64,000 nt of DNA, taken from the human T2T-CHM13v2.0 reference genome, Homo sapiens. Shown piece by piece: positions 13,735-28,557 of this stretch. The notes under the pieces were generated by a model. That model made no database searches. It was not told the origin of the DNA and saw nothing but the letters and a program-made list of their open reading frames with translations. The DNA is taken from the NCBI RefSeq assembly GCF_009914755.1, contig NC_060927.1. One strand, given 5' to 3'. The position numbers and the translations under genes are program-made. Positions within the stretch are counted from its first letter, which is position 1. Every line of letters starts with the position of its first letter.

Positions 13735-14080
13735 TAAATCATGTGTGATAAAGTAGACTGCCCTCCCCAATGTGGGTGGGCCTTATGCAATCATTTGGAG
13801 ACCAGACTAGAACAAAAAGGCTGAGTCTTCCTGCTTGGTTGAGCTAGGACATCAGTCTTTTCTGGCCTTCAGACTTGGACTGAAGCATCAGCGTTTCTTG
13901 GGTCTTGAGCCTACCAGTGCTCATAGTGGAACAACACCATCAGCTCTCCTGGTTCTCAGGCCTTCAGATTTGAACTGGACTTAAAACTTTGGCTCTCTTG
14001 GGTCTGAATGAGCTTGTTGACTGAAAATCTTGAGACTTTTCAGCCTGTATAGTATAGTCATGTGAAATAATTCCTCATAA
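13735..14080 (+). mobile_element. MLT2-type (ERVL) LTR fragment
   Basis: taaagtagactgccctccccaatgtgggtgggcc and cagctctcctggttctcaggccttcaga motifs; also similar to the MLT2 copy at 27.4 kb. Confidence 0.75.
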
Positions 14081-14216
14081 TCTCTCTCTCTACATATGTA
14101 TATACACATATATATACATATGTATGTGTATATATGTATGTACATACATATATACAGCTGTATGTATGTATGTATATGTGTATACACATACACACACTCA
14201 CACATATATATATATC
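14080..14216. repeat. Compound (TC)/(TA)/(TATG)/(CA) microsatellite
   Basis: Directly visible low-complexity tandem repeat. Confidence 0.9.
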
Positions 14217-15828
14217 TCCTTAACCCTTAACACAGGAGGGCTATAAAATACTAGTTGGAAATAATTCTGTTGGGAATTTGGAAGGCCTTGCTGTATTGTC
14301 TTTTAAGCTTCTATATTGCTGCTGAGACGTCCCAGGCCACACTTATTCTGGGTCTATTGTATGTAAACTGTTTGTTATTTATTTACTTATATTCTGACAG
14401 CTTTGCCAGTTTTGAAGGCCTTCTCATTTCCCAGGTATTGATATATCATGTTGATATGTCTTTTTGTGAGTCTTTCTTTCATTTAGTATGCTGGACACTC
14501 AGTGAATCCTCTTAATATGGGATTTCAAGGCTTTTAATTCTAGATACCTTTCTTATATTCTTTCTTCAATACTTTCATTTCATATTCTCTAAAACTCTTA
14601 TTACTTAGATTTTGAACCACTTGGACTGATCTTTTTATTTTCTTATATTTTCTCTGCTTTGCTTTTTGTTCTACTCTTTAGGAGAATTCCTTATCTTCTA
14701 ACACTTTTATTACATTTTTTATTTCTGCCAATACATTTTAGTTTGCAAAATTTTTTCTTGGTCTCTAAATGACTTTCCCCTACTTTGTTCTACCTTTTTT
14801 TTTAACAGCCCTTTTCTTGTTTTATAGAAAGAAGTTTTCTAATCTCTGTAAAGCTATTATAGTTTCTTGCTTCCTTCCTTTCTTTCTTTTTACATTTTCT
14901 TCCACTCCTTATTATCCCTGTTTCTTCTAACGTCCTTTCTTTCTGTTTGTTTAGGTTTCCTTCATATTTGTGAATTTCTCCACTCCTTGGTATAGACAGG
15001 CTTATCTTTAGGGTAGTTAGGCAGCAAGCTTTTTTCATGGCACTTCAAATGTTAGTACCTGTACATCTTTTCTTTCTGGCCATTTAGTTTCTCCAAAGAC
15101 ATTTCTTACATTCTCTTCCCAGGGAGTATAGGCATGGCTATTTGGGAGCTAAGTAGGGGTTAGAGGGATGTGTATGTGTGTGTGTTTTCACAAGTATTCC
15201 CAGCATCATATTGGCTGTGCAAACCTTTCATCTTCTGTTGCAGCAGAGGAAGGTAGTGGCCTAATTACTCAGAGGTGGAGACTGGGTTCTGGAAGACTTG
15301 CTGCTCATGAATTTTCTAACAATTCTATTTTCAGTCCCACCTTACACCTCCACTTCCACCTGAGATTCCCCTGGGGCCTTAGTTCCTGGGCCTTTCCAGG
15401 TTCTGTTGGATTGATTTTGATCATTTTCCTCACTGCAGATTCAGAATTCAGAATTTCCTGGTATTCTAGGTCTTTTTCCAGTCACTCAGCTACTCTTTCG
15501 ATTTTACCGACATTTCTTCTCTTCTCTTGGTCCCACTGTCCTCATAGGCTTATGGCATTTTTATTCTTTTCTTGTCATTTTAATGAGTCTTTGGAAGAAA
15601 GTAGATATAAATGTTCAAACTGGAGCCTAGGACTTTATTCTGAATGCACTCTTTCAATTTCATCAATCTGGCTTTTAAAAAATATAAATAATGCTGAAGG
15701 TTCCAGCAACATCTGAAGCTGGTCACACATGCATCATCAATCTGATAGAAAAAACTAGGTGAAACCTAACTAAGTAAGTCTGATTGAGTAAACAGACCAA
15801 ACTTATAATTCCATGTCTTGAGACTTAC

Positions 15829-15963
15829 CAACTTTATAATGTATACAGCCTTCCAAGTCCCCAACAGTGATCCAGCCTTGTTTCTTTTCTACTTCTGGGT
15901 CATTATGTAGTATTCTGTTTCTTAACCATGAAAGATAGTAAACTCGTAGCTTATTCTTCTTTC
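15829..15963 (-). CDS. TNIK: TNIK exon (~28), CNH domain: (G)[44 protein letters not shown]
   Basis: caacag|GA acceptor, TTG|gtaagt donor, 135 nt. Confidence 0.97.
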
Positions 15964-16736
15964 CTGTTGAAATAATAGAGGTTTAATTTCAAATTGCTGT
16001 GACAGCTCTCACTTTTTCCTTCCCCACCTCCATTTATTTCTAATTTATTTTATTTACGTGTGTGTGTGTGTGTATGAAGGCATAATAACCAGTGTCCCCA
16101 GCACTTTGTCATTAAAATGGTGTTTCTGCCAGAACTTATGGTTAAAATAGCTCTACGTGTTTTAGACACATCACAGAATTACAATGTCTTTTATCTTCAG
16201 GTGGTTTCTTATTTGAGCATGTGCTCTTACTCTCTCTTCCCAATGCAAAGCAGTGTCTGCTGAACTTAGTAAGAGCTAACTCTTCAACAGAGTGATCAGA
16301 GTTCCAGAACATTCTAGATCAATCACATGAAGAAGTGTTGGCAACTGGGCATTTTGGCACCTGCCTTTCCTTCACCGTATAACCTAATAACAAACAAGAG
16401 GATAATATGGGTTCAGAAAATTATACTGGGCAGGTTTATGGTGCTGAAGTCACTGAAAGGAATACTGAACAAAAATAGGAAAAAAAGGATGCAAACTTGA
16501 AAACTTAAATTTCCGTTTGGTAAAGTGATCTTGGAATAAAGAATTCATAGGATGATAAAATATTTAGACAATATTGAAGAGTACACAAGTAGCAAAACTT
16601 GATATACTCCATTTGATGATTTGCACCAGATAAAATGTCCATTGGGATGACTCTTCCTAACTAATGATAAATTTAGCTCTATGGGTTTTATTTTTTGGAT
16701 ACTTATTTTTCTTTATCTTAGGCTTTAAAAATGTTT

Positions 16737-17013
<277 letters not shown>

Positions 17014-17699
17014 AAAAAATGTTTTATATTTTATAGATGAATATATACCAGCAGAAGAGAACTTAGTAAAGCATTACACATGCATTTGACAGGAGAGCAC
17101 ATTCATCACCTAAACTAAGGGAATCATTGTGTGGTCAGTATTCAATTTTGTAACCAAAGGCCTAGAATCCACATTGATCACAGTAGCTAGGATGGACACG
17201 AGAGCCAGTGTTTCCTCCTTTCTATGCCAATATGAATCCAAGGTTAGTTCAAGAATCTTTTGCTCCTATTTTCATTTTCTCCTTTCCCTATCTGTGCCTC
17301 ATGAGAAAAGGAAACTCTTACACTGTTAAGAATGAAGATGTGCCACTAACAACATAATGAAGTCTGAATGTGAATTTTCTGGTTGCATTCCCACTTTTGG
17401 CAGATATGCAGTTTTCATTTTGATTTGGTAGTATAGCAATCAGGACAGCAATTAACCAGAACAAAAGACTACATGGGATTAAACTCAAATGGCAATACAA
17501 AAGGAATTTACCTGGTTAACCTTATTTGGGGAGAATAAAAAGAGATGAAACTGAGCATTCAGTGGAAAGGTAAAAGAAAGAGGAAGTTTAGTGACAAGCA
17601 AAAGCATTTTGTCAAAATGGAAGTACAGCTGAACTTTGAGGAAAGTTCAAACCAGCATCCCTGTGTTGTCTCTTCGTGAAACAATGGCTGAGCATAAAT

Positions 17700-17857
17700 C
17701 CATGTTCTCAAACTTGGCTGTACAATGGAAACACATCAGAAACTATGAACGCTCCTGATGCCTAAACCCCACCCCCAGAGATTCTGACTCTGGTCTGGGG
17801 GTGCAGCCTAGATTTTCACATCTCCCTAGGTGATTATAAAGTGCAGTAGCAAGTTGG
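17700..17857. mobile_element. MER5A-like hAT-Charlie MITE
   Basis: gttctcaaacttggctg...cccacccccagagattctga...tccctaggtgatt, typical of MER5. Confidence 0.7.
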
Positions 17858-18561
17858 TTCCATACTAGATGGAATGAGAGGGGAAGTGACGGGTGTTACT
17901 CGTTAAACTCCTTCAAATACCAAAAAGAAAAAAAACTTTCAACAAAACTACCCTCTTTTAGGTTGCATTTTTAACTTGTTACAAGGCCTTCACTTTAGTC
18001 TCCATCTTTTTTTTTTTTTCCTATATAAGGCTCTTTTTGGGAATCAGAAAGCTACAGAGCATAGCAGTAATGATTCCCACACTCAAATCTTTTTGTAGAC
18101 TTGATCACCCAGTGTGCCAGCTGCACCTGCCAAAACATCAGTGGGCTATAAGCAAGAGAATTTTTGAGGGAAGAGACCAAGAAATTTCTGCTTACTAAAT
18201 GTCCCTCTAGGAAGCCTGCATTTTGATATTCTGTCTGTATGTGGTAATAACTGGAGTGCAGAAACCTTAAAAACATCCGAAGATCCTTGCTGAGTCCTGA
18301 CAGAGGTAAAGAGCTATAAATATATAGCCTTTGTGGTATGTCTCTGCCTAATTCAGATTTAATGCAGAGGTGAGAGACTTCTTTTTGGAGGTCAGAATTC
18401 CCAGTGTTACAAAATGTGGGCAATCTCACTCTGGCTATACTGCTATACTTTATTGTGTTGTTTGTTAGCTGGGAAGGGCAGAACTAACTGTTTCTGCAGA
18501 AATGAGGTGGATCCCTTTCCCGCTGTATGGACCTGGGGGACTCATCATCTTAGTAACATAC

Positions 18562-18705
18562 CTGAAATTGTCACAAGGACATTCAGTCCCTCTAGCACAT
18601 CCATCTGCTGAAATCGCCTCCGGTTGATCAGATTATAGACTTTGCCTTGCCCACTTCGGTCCAAAAGCATCAGGCCATTTTCAGTCCCCACCAGAAGGTT
18701 TACAC
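18562..18705 (-). CDS. TNIK: TNIK exon (~27), CNH domain: (G)[47 protein letters not shown]
   Basis: tttacag|GT acceptor, CAG|gtatgt donor, 144 nt. Confidence 0.97.
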
Positions 18706-20127
18706 CTGTAAATTTAAGAAGCACCCTAAGACTGACTTTTCATGAACTTTAATCTTCTGCATCGAGAGTCCCTATAAAATTTAAGAAACTGTGACTTGTA
18801 AATATACACTAATGGGCAAGTAGGTAAATATAAACTAATGAATGTAGAAGCTCTGACATAATAATTAAATCATTGTACTTCTGGTAATGAAATTACAGTT
18901 TTCTTTTATAAAGTTAGCAGCATTCATACATCTAGTTATTTACTACCTAATGCAGAGAGTCCTTGTCAATAGGAGCCTTAGGCACAGATGTGAAGCTAGC
19001 ATAATTTGCCTTTATTCCCTGCCTGGAAAAACCACTTCTTTCTTGGCTCTCCCTATAAATCACTTCTCTTCTTCCCCAAGATTCACCCCCACCCCTATGC
19101 AGTGGTCTCTAGCCTACCCACCTTCAATATACAGTGGAATTTCCATTTCCATACTCCAATGGAAGAAAGGCCCTTCCTCCTTCTTGAATCAAAATGTAAC
19201 TATCTTATGCCCCATACCCTCAAGTTTTTGCTCTTTTTTAGGGAAATGATAAACCCATTCAAGAGAAGTGTTAATAGCTGGAGAGTCACAGACATACTCA
19301 CTTTAAGGGACTTCTCAGGTCTCTAAATCTAGTGCAGCCCAACACCCATGCAGTAATCCCTATTACAGAAGCACAGGCACATAAGTGGCTTTGTCTGGGT
19401 AGTTGTAATCCTAAAAATTTATGGCTAGGGAAATGTATCATCCACCCCTCAACACACACACACATTGAGAGGCTCATTGTGCAGTGTACTTTATTCATGA
19501 ACATGTAACTCTCTAACTTCTCTTACGTCTTGTACTTCTATCTTCTGATCAACACAAATGTCTGCTTTTTTGTCCATATATTAATCCTTTCAGTATTAAA
19601 TGTGGCTATCTTGTTCTCTTCTGTCTCTTCTCCAGAGGACAGAGCCTCTATCATGAAATGGTTCCTAGGCTTCACACTCTTCCCCGCTAACATCTCAAAT
19701 GCTTTCAGCCTTTTAAAATTATGGTTCCCCAATCCAAGCCTAGTATTTTCAGTGGGTACACAGGGGACATGTCCTTCCTTAATCTGTATGAGATGTTTAT
19801 AGTAACACAGACCAAGACTTTGATAGAATCTCATCATGCCTCTCCTGAGTTTGAGGTCAGCTAAAACCTGCAGATCTTTTTCACGAGAAAATGCAGATTG
19901 ATGTTTTAAACTAAAAGGGAAAGTTCATTAAATTATTTGTTGTTCTTTTCAAGTTTTATCTTGTTATTGCTAGGGTTATGACCTTTAGTAATTCACAAAA
20001 ATACTCTGGGCTGATTTTTCAGCTTGAAATAAAGGTTTATGCCATTATTTATGCTCATATTCCCCTTGCAGGATGTGGTATGGATCATGGAGAATGAACG
20101 TGGGGTATATCACAAAGTGCCAGACAC

Positions 20128-20172
20128 AAATCGCCTCTGATTGATCACATTATAGGCTTTGCTTTGCCCACT
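20128..20172 (-). repeat. Degenerate intronic copy of 45 nt of TNIK exon ~27 (source 18611-18655)
   Basis: Ungapped 40/45 identity, same orientation. Confidence 0.85.
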
Positions 20173-20465
20173 CAATGTATTCAGTGGTAGCTAGTTCTCT
20201 TGTTGGCTTTAGCCTATCACTATTGTGTGACAAGGTTGCTCTGAATCTAATCTCGTCTTCCTGGCTAGTAGCGTATCAGCTATTTCTACATATAAAACTC
20301 CTTTTGGTTTCTCCTGAGGTCAAGATAGTCCCAAGTTAGGTCTCTAATACCCAGGATTCAACCAGTGTTCTTTTGATGACAAGATCCACAGGCTTTTAAT
20401 GTTTGAGGGTCAGTTCATTAATGAGTGGTTATTTAAAAAAAAAAAAAAAAAAAGCACCAACATAC

Positions 20466-20636
20466 CCCACAGAGCTGCACAAAGTATTTCTGAGTTGAAT
20501 CGTTTCTTGTATTTTCTGATTTCTGGTGTGTCGCTATGAGGCCGAATGTTGGTTGGGTTTACATTTACCACCGAAATCTTTCTTGCTTCATTGAGTTTGG
20601 CCTGTTCTTGCCTAAGAAGTTCGCTAGTAAACAGAG
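20466..20636 (-). CDS. TNIK: TNIK exon (~26), entering the CNH domain: (A)[56 protein letters not shown]
   Basis: ttctcaaag|CT acceptor, GGG|gtatgt donor, 171 nt; inside ORF 20410..20703. Confidence 0.97.
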
Positions 20637-21428
20637 CTTTGAGAAAAAGAATCAGAGAAGTCAGTGACATCTTAAAAGATAACTTATGGAGATGGGGCTT
20701 CAAAACACTATGATTTCTCCTTGTTTGGTTTGAATTATAGTAAAGGCAAGGAAACTCTGAAACTCTCCTTATTTTACACTTTTTTTTTGTTTTAGTAGAA
20801 TAAAGTCTAAGTCATTCATCAAAGGAATCTTTTATTCATTAGAAAAACAGGCTTATAGACACTACTTGCAGAGTCTAGAAAGTCCCAAATTAAATACACC
20901 ATCCCCACTCTTGTATATAGGCAAAAAAGATCTACTTTTTAAAATTGCAGTTTATCAGTTGAAAAACTGTCCTAAGCTGACTTTGATGATTAATTACTTG
21001 AAGAAGATTAGAAAGCAAGACTCCTTTAAATCAGCCTGATCTTTGTGGTGGGAAGCACACACCTAGAACTCAACACAATGTACCATACACTTATTAAGTG
21101 CCTAATGTGTGTAAAACATTGTACCCAGAAATTGTTTTGGGGAAACATTTAGTTATGTTCAGAGATCACTGAGGAACAGCTTTTCCTAGGGTCCCTATGT
21201 ACCCCTGGGTCTACCAGAAACGAAATAGAAGAGATGGGAAAAAAAATGGAAAGTAATACATTTGTTTTAGGAGTCCTACAGAAATAATAATTTTAAAAAG
21301 TCTTCCTTTTAAGATAGGACCTAAGCAGTAATCAGCTTAACTACTGAACTGAGGATTAATTTCCTTATCAGGTCATACCAGAAAGGAAGACGAAGCTGTT
21401 TTTTAAACACAGGGCCCTTCTTGCTTAC

Positions 21429-21540
21429 CTGCGGCTGATGATTCCTCATCCTCTTCATCTTCATCAGTGGGAGACGTCTGGTATACTCTGGGGTCCACAA
21501 AGGGGGTGAAGGAGGCTTTGGTGCTGCTCCCCATGCCATA
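21429..21540 (-). CDS. TNIK: TNIK exon (~25): YGMGSSTKASFTPFVDPRVYQTSPTDEDEEDEESSAA
   Basis: gattag|TAT acceptor, CAG|gtaagc donor, 112 nt. Confidence 0.96.
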
Positions 21541-23652
21541 CTAATCAATAAGCAAGAAGATTAAGAAGAGCAGATAAATACTGCAGGAATAACAATGCTA
21601 ACAATACTGTGCTTGGGCTGTAAAACGATCACAGATTCTTCAAGGTATTCAGGTGTTCACATTCTAGTGCTCTAGTCAGTGCGTGCCTGTCTCCAGCTTC
21701 TTCTGGTATTGGTTACTCACTAGTCATTGTGCATTCGTAGGACTTCATTAATTATCAGACTGCAAGAATTGTAGTGAGAAAATTACATTTTGGACCACAT
21801 GTGGCACCTTAAAATCTGTAAGATCACTGTGGTGACAGAGCTTACCTCTCCCTTTCAGTAAAAGCAACCTCCTATATTGACTACTTGATCAATATGAAAA
21901 GCTGACATAATTGGCAATAAACTAAGTAAGGAAGCCTATACAGCAGTACTTTATCCTGAACAGAGTCAAACCAAGGGGCTTTCTCTTGGGGAGGAGAGCT
22001 TTGAGCCCTTCTACTCTGGCCTGGTGATGCAAGTGAATTGGTGTTGGCTCCAAAAGCTTTAAAATCCTCAATTCAGGGATGATTTTATGCTGGAATTGAA
22101 GATATTTCCTTCCCACGATAGTTTCCTTAAAAGAATAATTACATTTACATCCTTATTTAGGGACTTCATGAGGATATTACGTTTGTGAGCAATGTACCTT
22201 GAAGGCTTACTTTAAAAAATGAATCTTGGGCTTGAATGGCACCATGAAAACATGATGTCAGAAGGAGATGAGGGAACAGTAAACTCAATATCAGGGTTTT
22301 ATGTCACAATATTCTAAATTTGAGTTTTGCTGAATAAGCTGCAATGTCAGTCATGTCCATTTCTTCTATTCTTGTCCTTTAACATCATAAACACATCTGT
22401 ATTCAACATAATAAGCACATCTTTTTTGGATAAATATCTTTAACTAAAGGTTATTTCACTTTAGTTTTACTGTTAGGTTTTTATTTAAAAATAAAACCAC
22501 CATCCAAGACCTCTAAACATATAAGGAGAAAACCACAAAGATCTAATCTGATTTAATTCAAGATTTTCTTTCCATCCTATGAAATCAAAACCATTTCATC
22601 CTCCTCAAGGTTGAATTCCCCCTACCAAATAGAACACTTTCACGTACATGTTCTCTTTTGATCTTTGGAAGATGTCTGTGAAAGAGGTAGGGCAGGCACT
22701 AACATTTCCACATAGAGCTGGGGCAGCAGCAGAATTTGAACCAGGGTTCAATCTTATGGTGTCCTCCTTGGTACCAAGAGAGGTGTTCAGGCAGAAAATG
22801 CCCACACAGCATGAAATTACAATAGGATGCTGTGCTTTGCAGTATATCACTGTGTTCTTTTCCTTGGGGTATGCAAAGCTCATCTACTCTATAACTTTAG
22901 AATTCAAAGGGTGCATCATAAAAACTTAGTGTGTGGACAATGTCAAAAATAATAGTACATGTGCTTTATAAACACATTTAGGGCCTTACGTGTGATTGAC
23001 AAGACTGTTAATGAAACAAGACCACACACTGTGAACTCATCCAACTGGTGTCAGTCATCAGCGTCTATGGGCACTACCTACAGATTGTGTTTATTCAGAC
23101 TTTTCGCTGGGGCTGTTTCTCTACAGGAAAGGTAATGCTTGGTTTCTTTCTTCTCACACAATTTTGAATTTATGAAAGATGAACACTCTAAGAACTTATC
23201 TATTTATTAAATTTTATTTTTCATAAACAAATCATTTAAACTTCATTTTACTTAAGTCATACTTAGTTTGACTAAATTAACACAAATATAAACCTCAACT
23301 GTTGGCCTTGAAATCTGTGTAGCCTGAAGTTTCCATCAGAACTGGAGGTCCCAGTTCTGGTCTTAGATCTGTCACAAACCAGCTGTGTGTCTTGGACAAG
23401 TCATTCAACCTCTGTGAACCTCAGTACACTCATCTGTAGAAACAGGTATTGGTTCAGATGATATCTGAGAACTTTTCACTGCTCTGCTTCCATGATTTCT
23501 CTATTTGAGTATCTGCATAAGTAGCTCTATGGTAGAAACCAACCAAACAAGTTTCAAGGAGCTTGGCGAAGCCTCATTCTTGAAGAGATCATGGTTTTAG
23601 AACCCCAGGAAGGACAGCAGAACTGTCATGTCAGCTGTTGCCCAGCACCTAC

Positions 23653-23817
23653 TTCAGTCCCAGAGTCCATCTCCTGGGAATGGGTTGAGACGCGCCCCAG
23701 TCCCTCAGTCGGGGTTCCAGCTGGAGAATGGCTCTGCTGCACCAGGTCAGGGAGGTTGATGTGGCCAGCAAAGCCATTGCTGTCACTGTGGCCAGATCGC
23801 TTCTTCTCTCCAGACGT
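23653..23817 (-). CDS. TNIK: TNIK exon (~24): TSGEKKRSGHSDSNGFAGHINLPDLVQQSHSPAGTPTEGLGRVSTHSQEMDSGTE
   Basis: ccctcag|ACG acceptor, GAA|gtaggt donor, 165 nt, phase 0-0. Confidence 0.96.
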
Positions 23818-24539
23818 CTGAGGGAGCACAGCACGTGGGAGGAGTTAGAGAGGGGGGAAAAAGGCCACAGAGTGACATCAGCCCTCACACAGCATAGGCA
23901 TACGGGGCTCCAAATCAACCCACTAGGGCATGAGAAGGTGATATTCACATTTCTATTTTACTTAAGAAAACAAAAAAGAAATTAAGCTTTGCCAATATTT
24001 AGTTTATGGATTGAGCCTGAAGCCTTACGTTCCTGCATGAGGTACAGACAGTGGTCACATATGGCATGGGAGTCCCATGTACAGAGGGAGACGCTACAAA
24101 AAGGGAGGGACTGAGCAGGGCCCACACTTGTAAACTCTTTTGTAGTACTTGTGCTGTATGCACCTGCCACTTATATATATTTACAGATCATATTACCAGG
24201 TTACAATGAAACAAACCCACACAACAGATAAACGACCTAAAGTGTTGCTGAAAAGAAGCAGTGTGTGTGGAGTACTCCAAGAAAGGGCAGAGACCATACT
24301 TAACTCACAGGGCTCTTTGTCATTCACAAGGTCAAAACAATGATTAATCAGATCTGACAGGAGTTCCAAATATATTGACATGATCTAGAATACTATTTGA
24401 AAATATGGATTTACAACTATCATAAATGTTTATGTCTCAATAAATAACTATGGTGCTTTGTGATGTAGGCAGTAACAAAGTCATAACTAGCAAAGCATTT
24501 GAAACATCACCTCTAATATCCCTTTTTAATGTCCTTTAA

Positions 24540-24843
<304 letters not shown>

Positions 24844-26249
24844 AAAGGTATTTTATAATGTATATAATGTCAGTGCAGTAGAAAAAAATGTATGACTTGT
24901 GAATAAATACACTGTATTAGGTGACACGCTGTACAGTTTTTACTGATAGGATTACGTGATGTAACAAGTTTGGAAGCCATTGCTCTGGAGAGCAGTCTCT
25001 GCCAAAAAAACCCCAGGGAGGAAAGGCAAGATTAAAAGACAACTCTGGTTTCCAAAAGCCAGTGCCCACATTGTAGGCCTGACTAGTGTTGCACTTTTTA
25101 ACTTTTATGCAACTGGCTCATTGAGGATTCTTAGAGCAGATCTGATTAAGTGATGATTTCCCTCTCTGCCTTTTCTTTCATTCATTCATCAACACAGTAT
25201 TTTTTAGTTCCTACTAAGTGTAAAGCATTCTACTGGCATGTGCAAGGTTTCATGCTGTTTCTTTGACCATCTCACCAGCCTAGCTTTTTACTTCTGGAGC
25301 TTGTCATGGATTTGCAATTACAGCTCTCTGCACCTGCCTCTGGCTGGAAGTGAAAGGAGGCACTTCTTTTCTTTTTTCTTGTTTAGATGAAACAGACTCC
25401 CAAGCTCCTGTAATGGTGCATGTAATTGATGTTTCCAGGAAGCTTGAGAGATAACTGGAAAGCCTAGTGTCCTTTGTGTTTCTTGGCAACCTGCTCCTGG
25501 ACTACGAGCTGTCCTGGAGAGGAACATTTTCTGGATTCATTTTGTCACAGTGGCCATCAGTAGCGTGTATTAGTGCCTATTCTCAGAGTTGAGCATTTCC
25601 TTTTCTAAATGACATTTAGGAAATTCAGTCCTAATACATCTTATTGTGTGCTACTTTATGTATACTGGGCAGTTTCTCCTTTCTTTTAACTTCTGTTCAA
25701 ATACTGAAAAGCTTTTAAACATTTTCCCCAAACCTCTCTTTAGCATAAATCACATGTCATCTCTTTGGAATTTTTTGGCCTCTCTTGTATCAGCAGCACT
25801 CTTTCTCAAGCCAAAAACTGATGCAGACACACTGGTTATCAAAGAGAGACTCAGAGAGGCTAACAAGGGGAAGTGGCTCAGATAGTGAGAAGCTTAAAGG
25901 AATCCAGTAGTATGCTCTGAATCTGCCCACTTCTGAGTCATCACCCTTTTGTTCACTCCACCAGCACCTTCTTATTAAACACTTTCTGTGTGCCAAGTAC
26001 TGTACTGGAAACACAAAGACAGATGTACAACAGCCTTAAGAACCTCATTAACAGAACCTCAATAATATCTCGTCTTTATCTCTCACCATTCCCGTGGGGA
26101 TTGGCACAAAGATGTTCTGTGTACCACCACATGCCAAGTACTGTGCTAAACACTTTATATATGACATTCCATCAATTATCTTGCCCTGAGTGACACGGGT
26201 TCTAAGTGGTTTGAACCCAGCTGTCCTATGGCAGAGCCCAGGTGCTCTG

Positions 26250-26820
26250 GGCTGCACTGTTGTATTAGGGGGCCTACTCCTGGTCACAGCTGATTGAATC
26301 AGGGGTGGATGCCTGAGCCAAGAGGGACCAGATTCCCACTGGAATTTAATATTAAGCCCAAGAGACATGGATCAGTTTCTGCTGGCAGTTGAACTGGGAT
26401 GTGGTGAGTATCTTGCAATGGAGGAAGTGGAGAGGTGAAAGCAGGAGCATGCAGAGGGAGAGAAAGCTCCTCTACAAAGAGAGAGAAGAGCAAAGGAGAA
26501 ATGTGGAAGAAAGCAGAGATTAGGGTAAGGAGAGACAGGCAGCAAGAGAGCCAGAGACCTGCACATGAGAAGCTGCCTGAGCTCCTGTCTGTTCCAGTCC
26601 TTCAAAGAGGCTCAGCTCACTTTTACCTTTGGGTTCCTTCCATGAAATACCCTAAATCTTCCTTTACTCCTCTATTTCTGATACCTACCCTCTCCCGACT
26701 TAAAAAATGTTCTTTTTTTTCTTTCTTTTCTTTCTTTCTTTTTTTTTTTTTTGCTTACTCTGTATTAAGTGGGTTCTTTTACTCATTACTTGTAACCCAA
26801 AGAGCCTTCATGATGACAAG
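26250..26820 (+). mobile_element. Old MaLR LTR (MLT1K/L-like)
   Basis: ggtcacagctgattgaatcaggggtggatgcctgagccaa and a terminal acttgtaacccaaagagcc resemble MLT1; approximate. Confidence 0.5.
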
Positions 26821-27385
26821 CTAGTGTTCTGGTTCAGTGAGGAGGATCAACGCTGAAAAGATACCAGGAAGGTGCTGTGTACAAAGGTCCATGGAGTCCC
26901 AGTAGAGGCTTGTAGGAGATAAGGAAGATTGAGAACAGGGACCTTCTTTTGGTGAAGTGTGGGTAGCAGTGGATAATACAAAATACCTCTTCCAGCAGAT
27001 GAGCTTCCATGGACAAATGGCAGCTCACAGCTGGTGTGGTGTATTCTAGAACCGAGTAAAAAGTGGTCCTGTGGGGCTATAGGACAGGGATAGGTAGAAC
27101 CACAGGGATAAGGGTATGCACTACAAGGGGAAATTTGTGCATCTGACAGGATCATGAGTGTTAGAGTGGTATGTTCTTATAGAACCATCTAGTCCACTCC
27201 ACAAGATGACAAGTTGGGTGAGTTCTCCTAAAGTTCATCTTGGAGAACTGTACTAATAGCACCCTATAAGCTAAATCTTATTATAATGAGTTTTTATTTT
27301 ATGTTCTTATTTTGTCAGGGATAAACTTTAACCTGCATTTATCTTGTTTAAACATGTACTTTTAGTAATTTTCAGCTCAAGGTTT

Positions 27386-28137
<752 letters not shown>

Positions 28138-28227
28138 TTATTTAAAAAACCCACATTGAGGAAGGCAGAATTGGAAATTGAGAGGACAAAAATATTTTGG
28201 GTTCCTTAATAGATCAAATTCCTATAA

Positions 28228-28557
<330 letters not shown>

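Larger units (their letters stand above)
13000..15700 (-). mobile_element. Ancient L1M(E)-like fragments interrupted by an MLT2 LTR
   Basis: Long T-rich degenerate sequence resembling an antisense old L1; boundaries approximate. Confidence 0.45.

Noticed and set aside
15168-15716. 182-aa + strand ORF
   Set aside because: Lies in T-rich degenerate old-L1-like sequence; low-complexity composition and no recognisable domain
25991-26153. Repeated tgccaagtactgt motif
   Set aside because: Common L2/MIR-derived motif from separate ancient repeats
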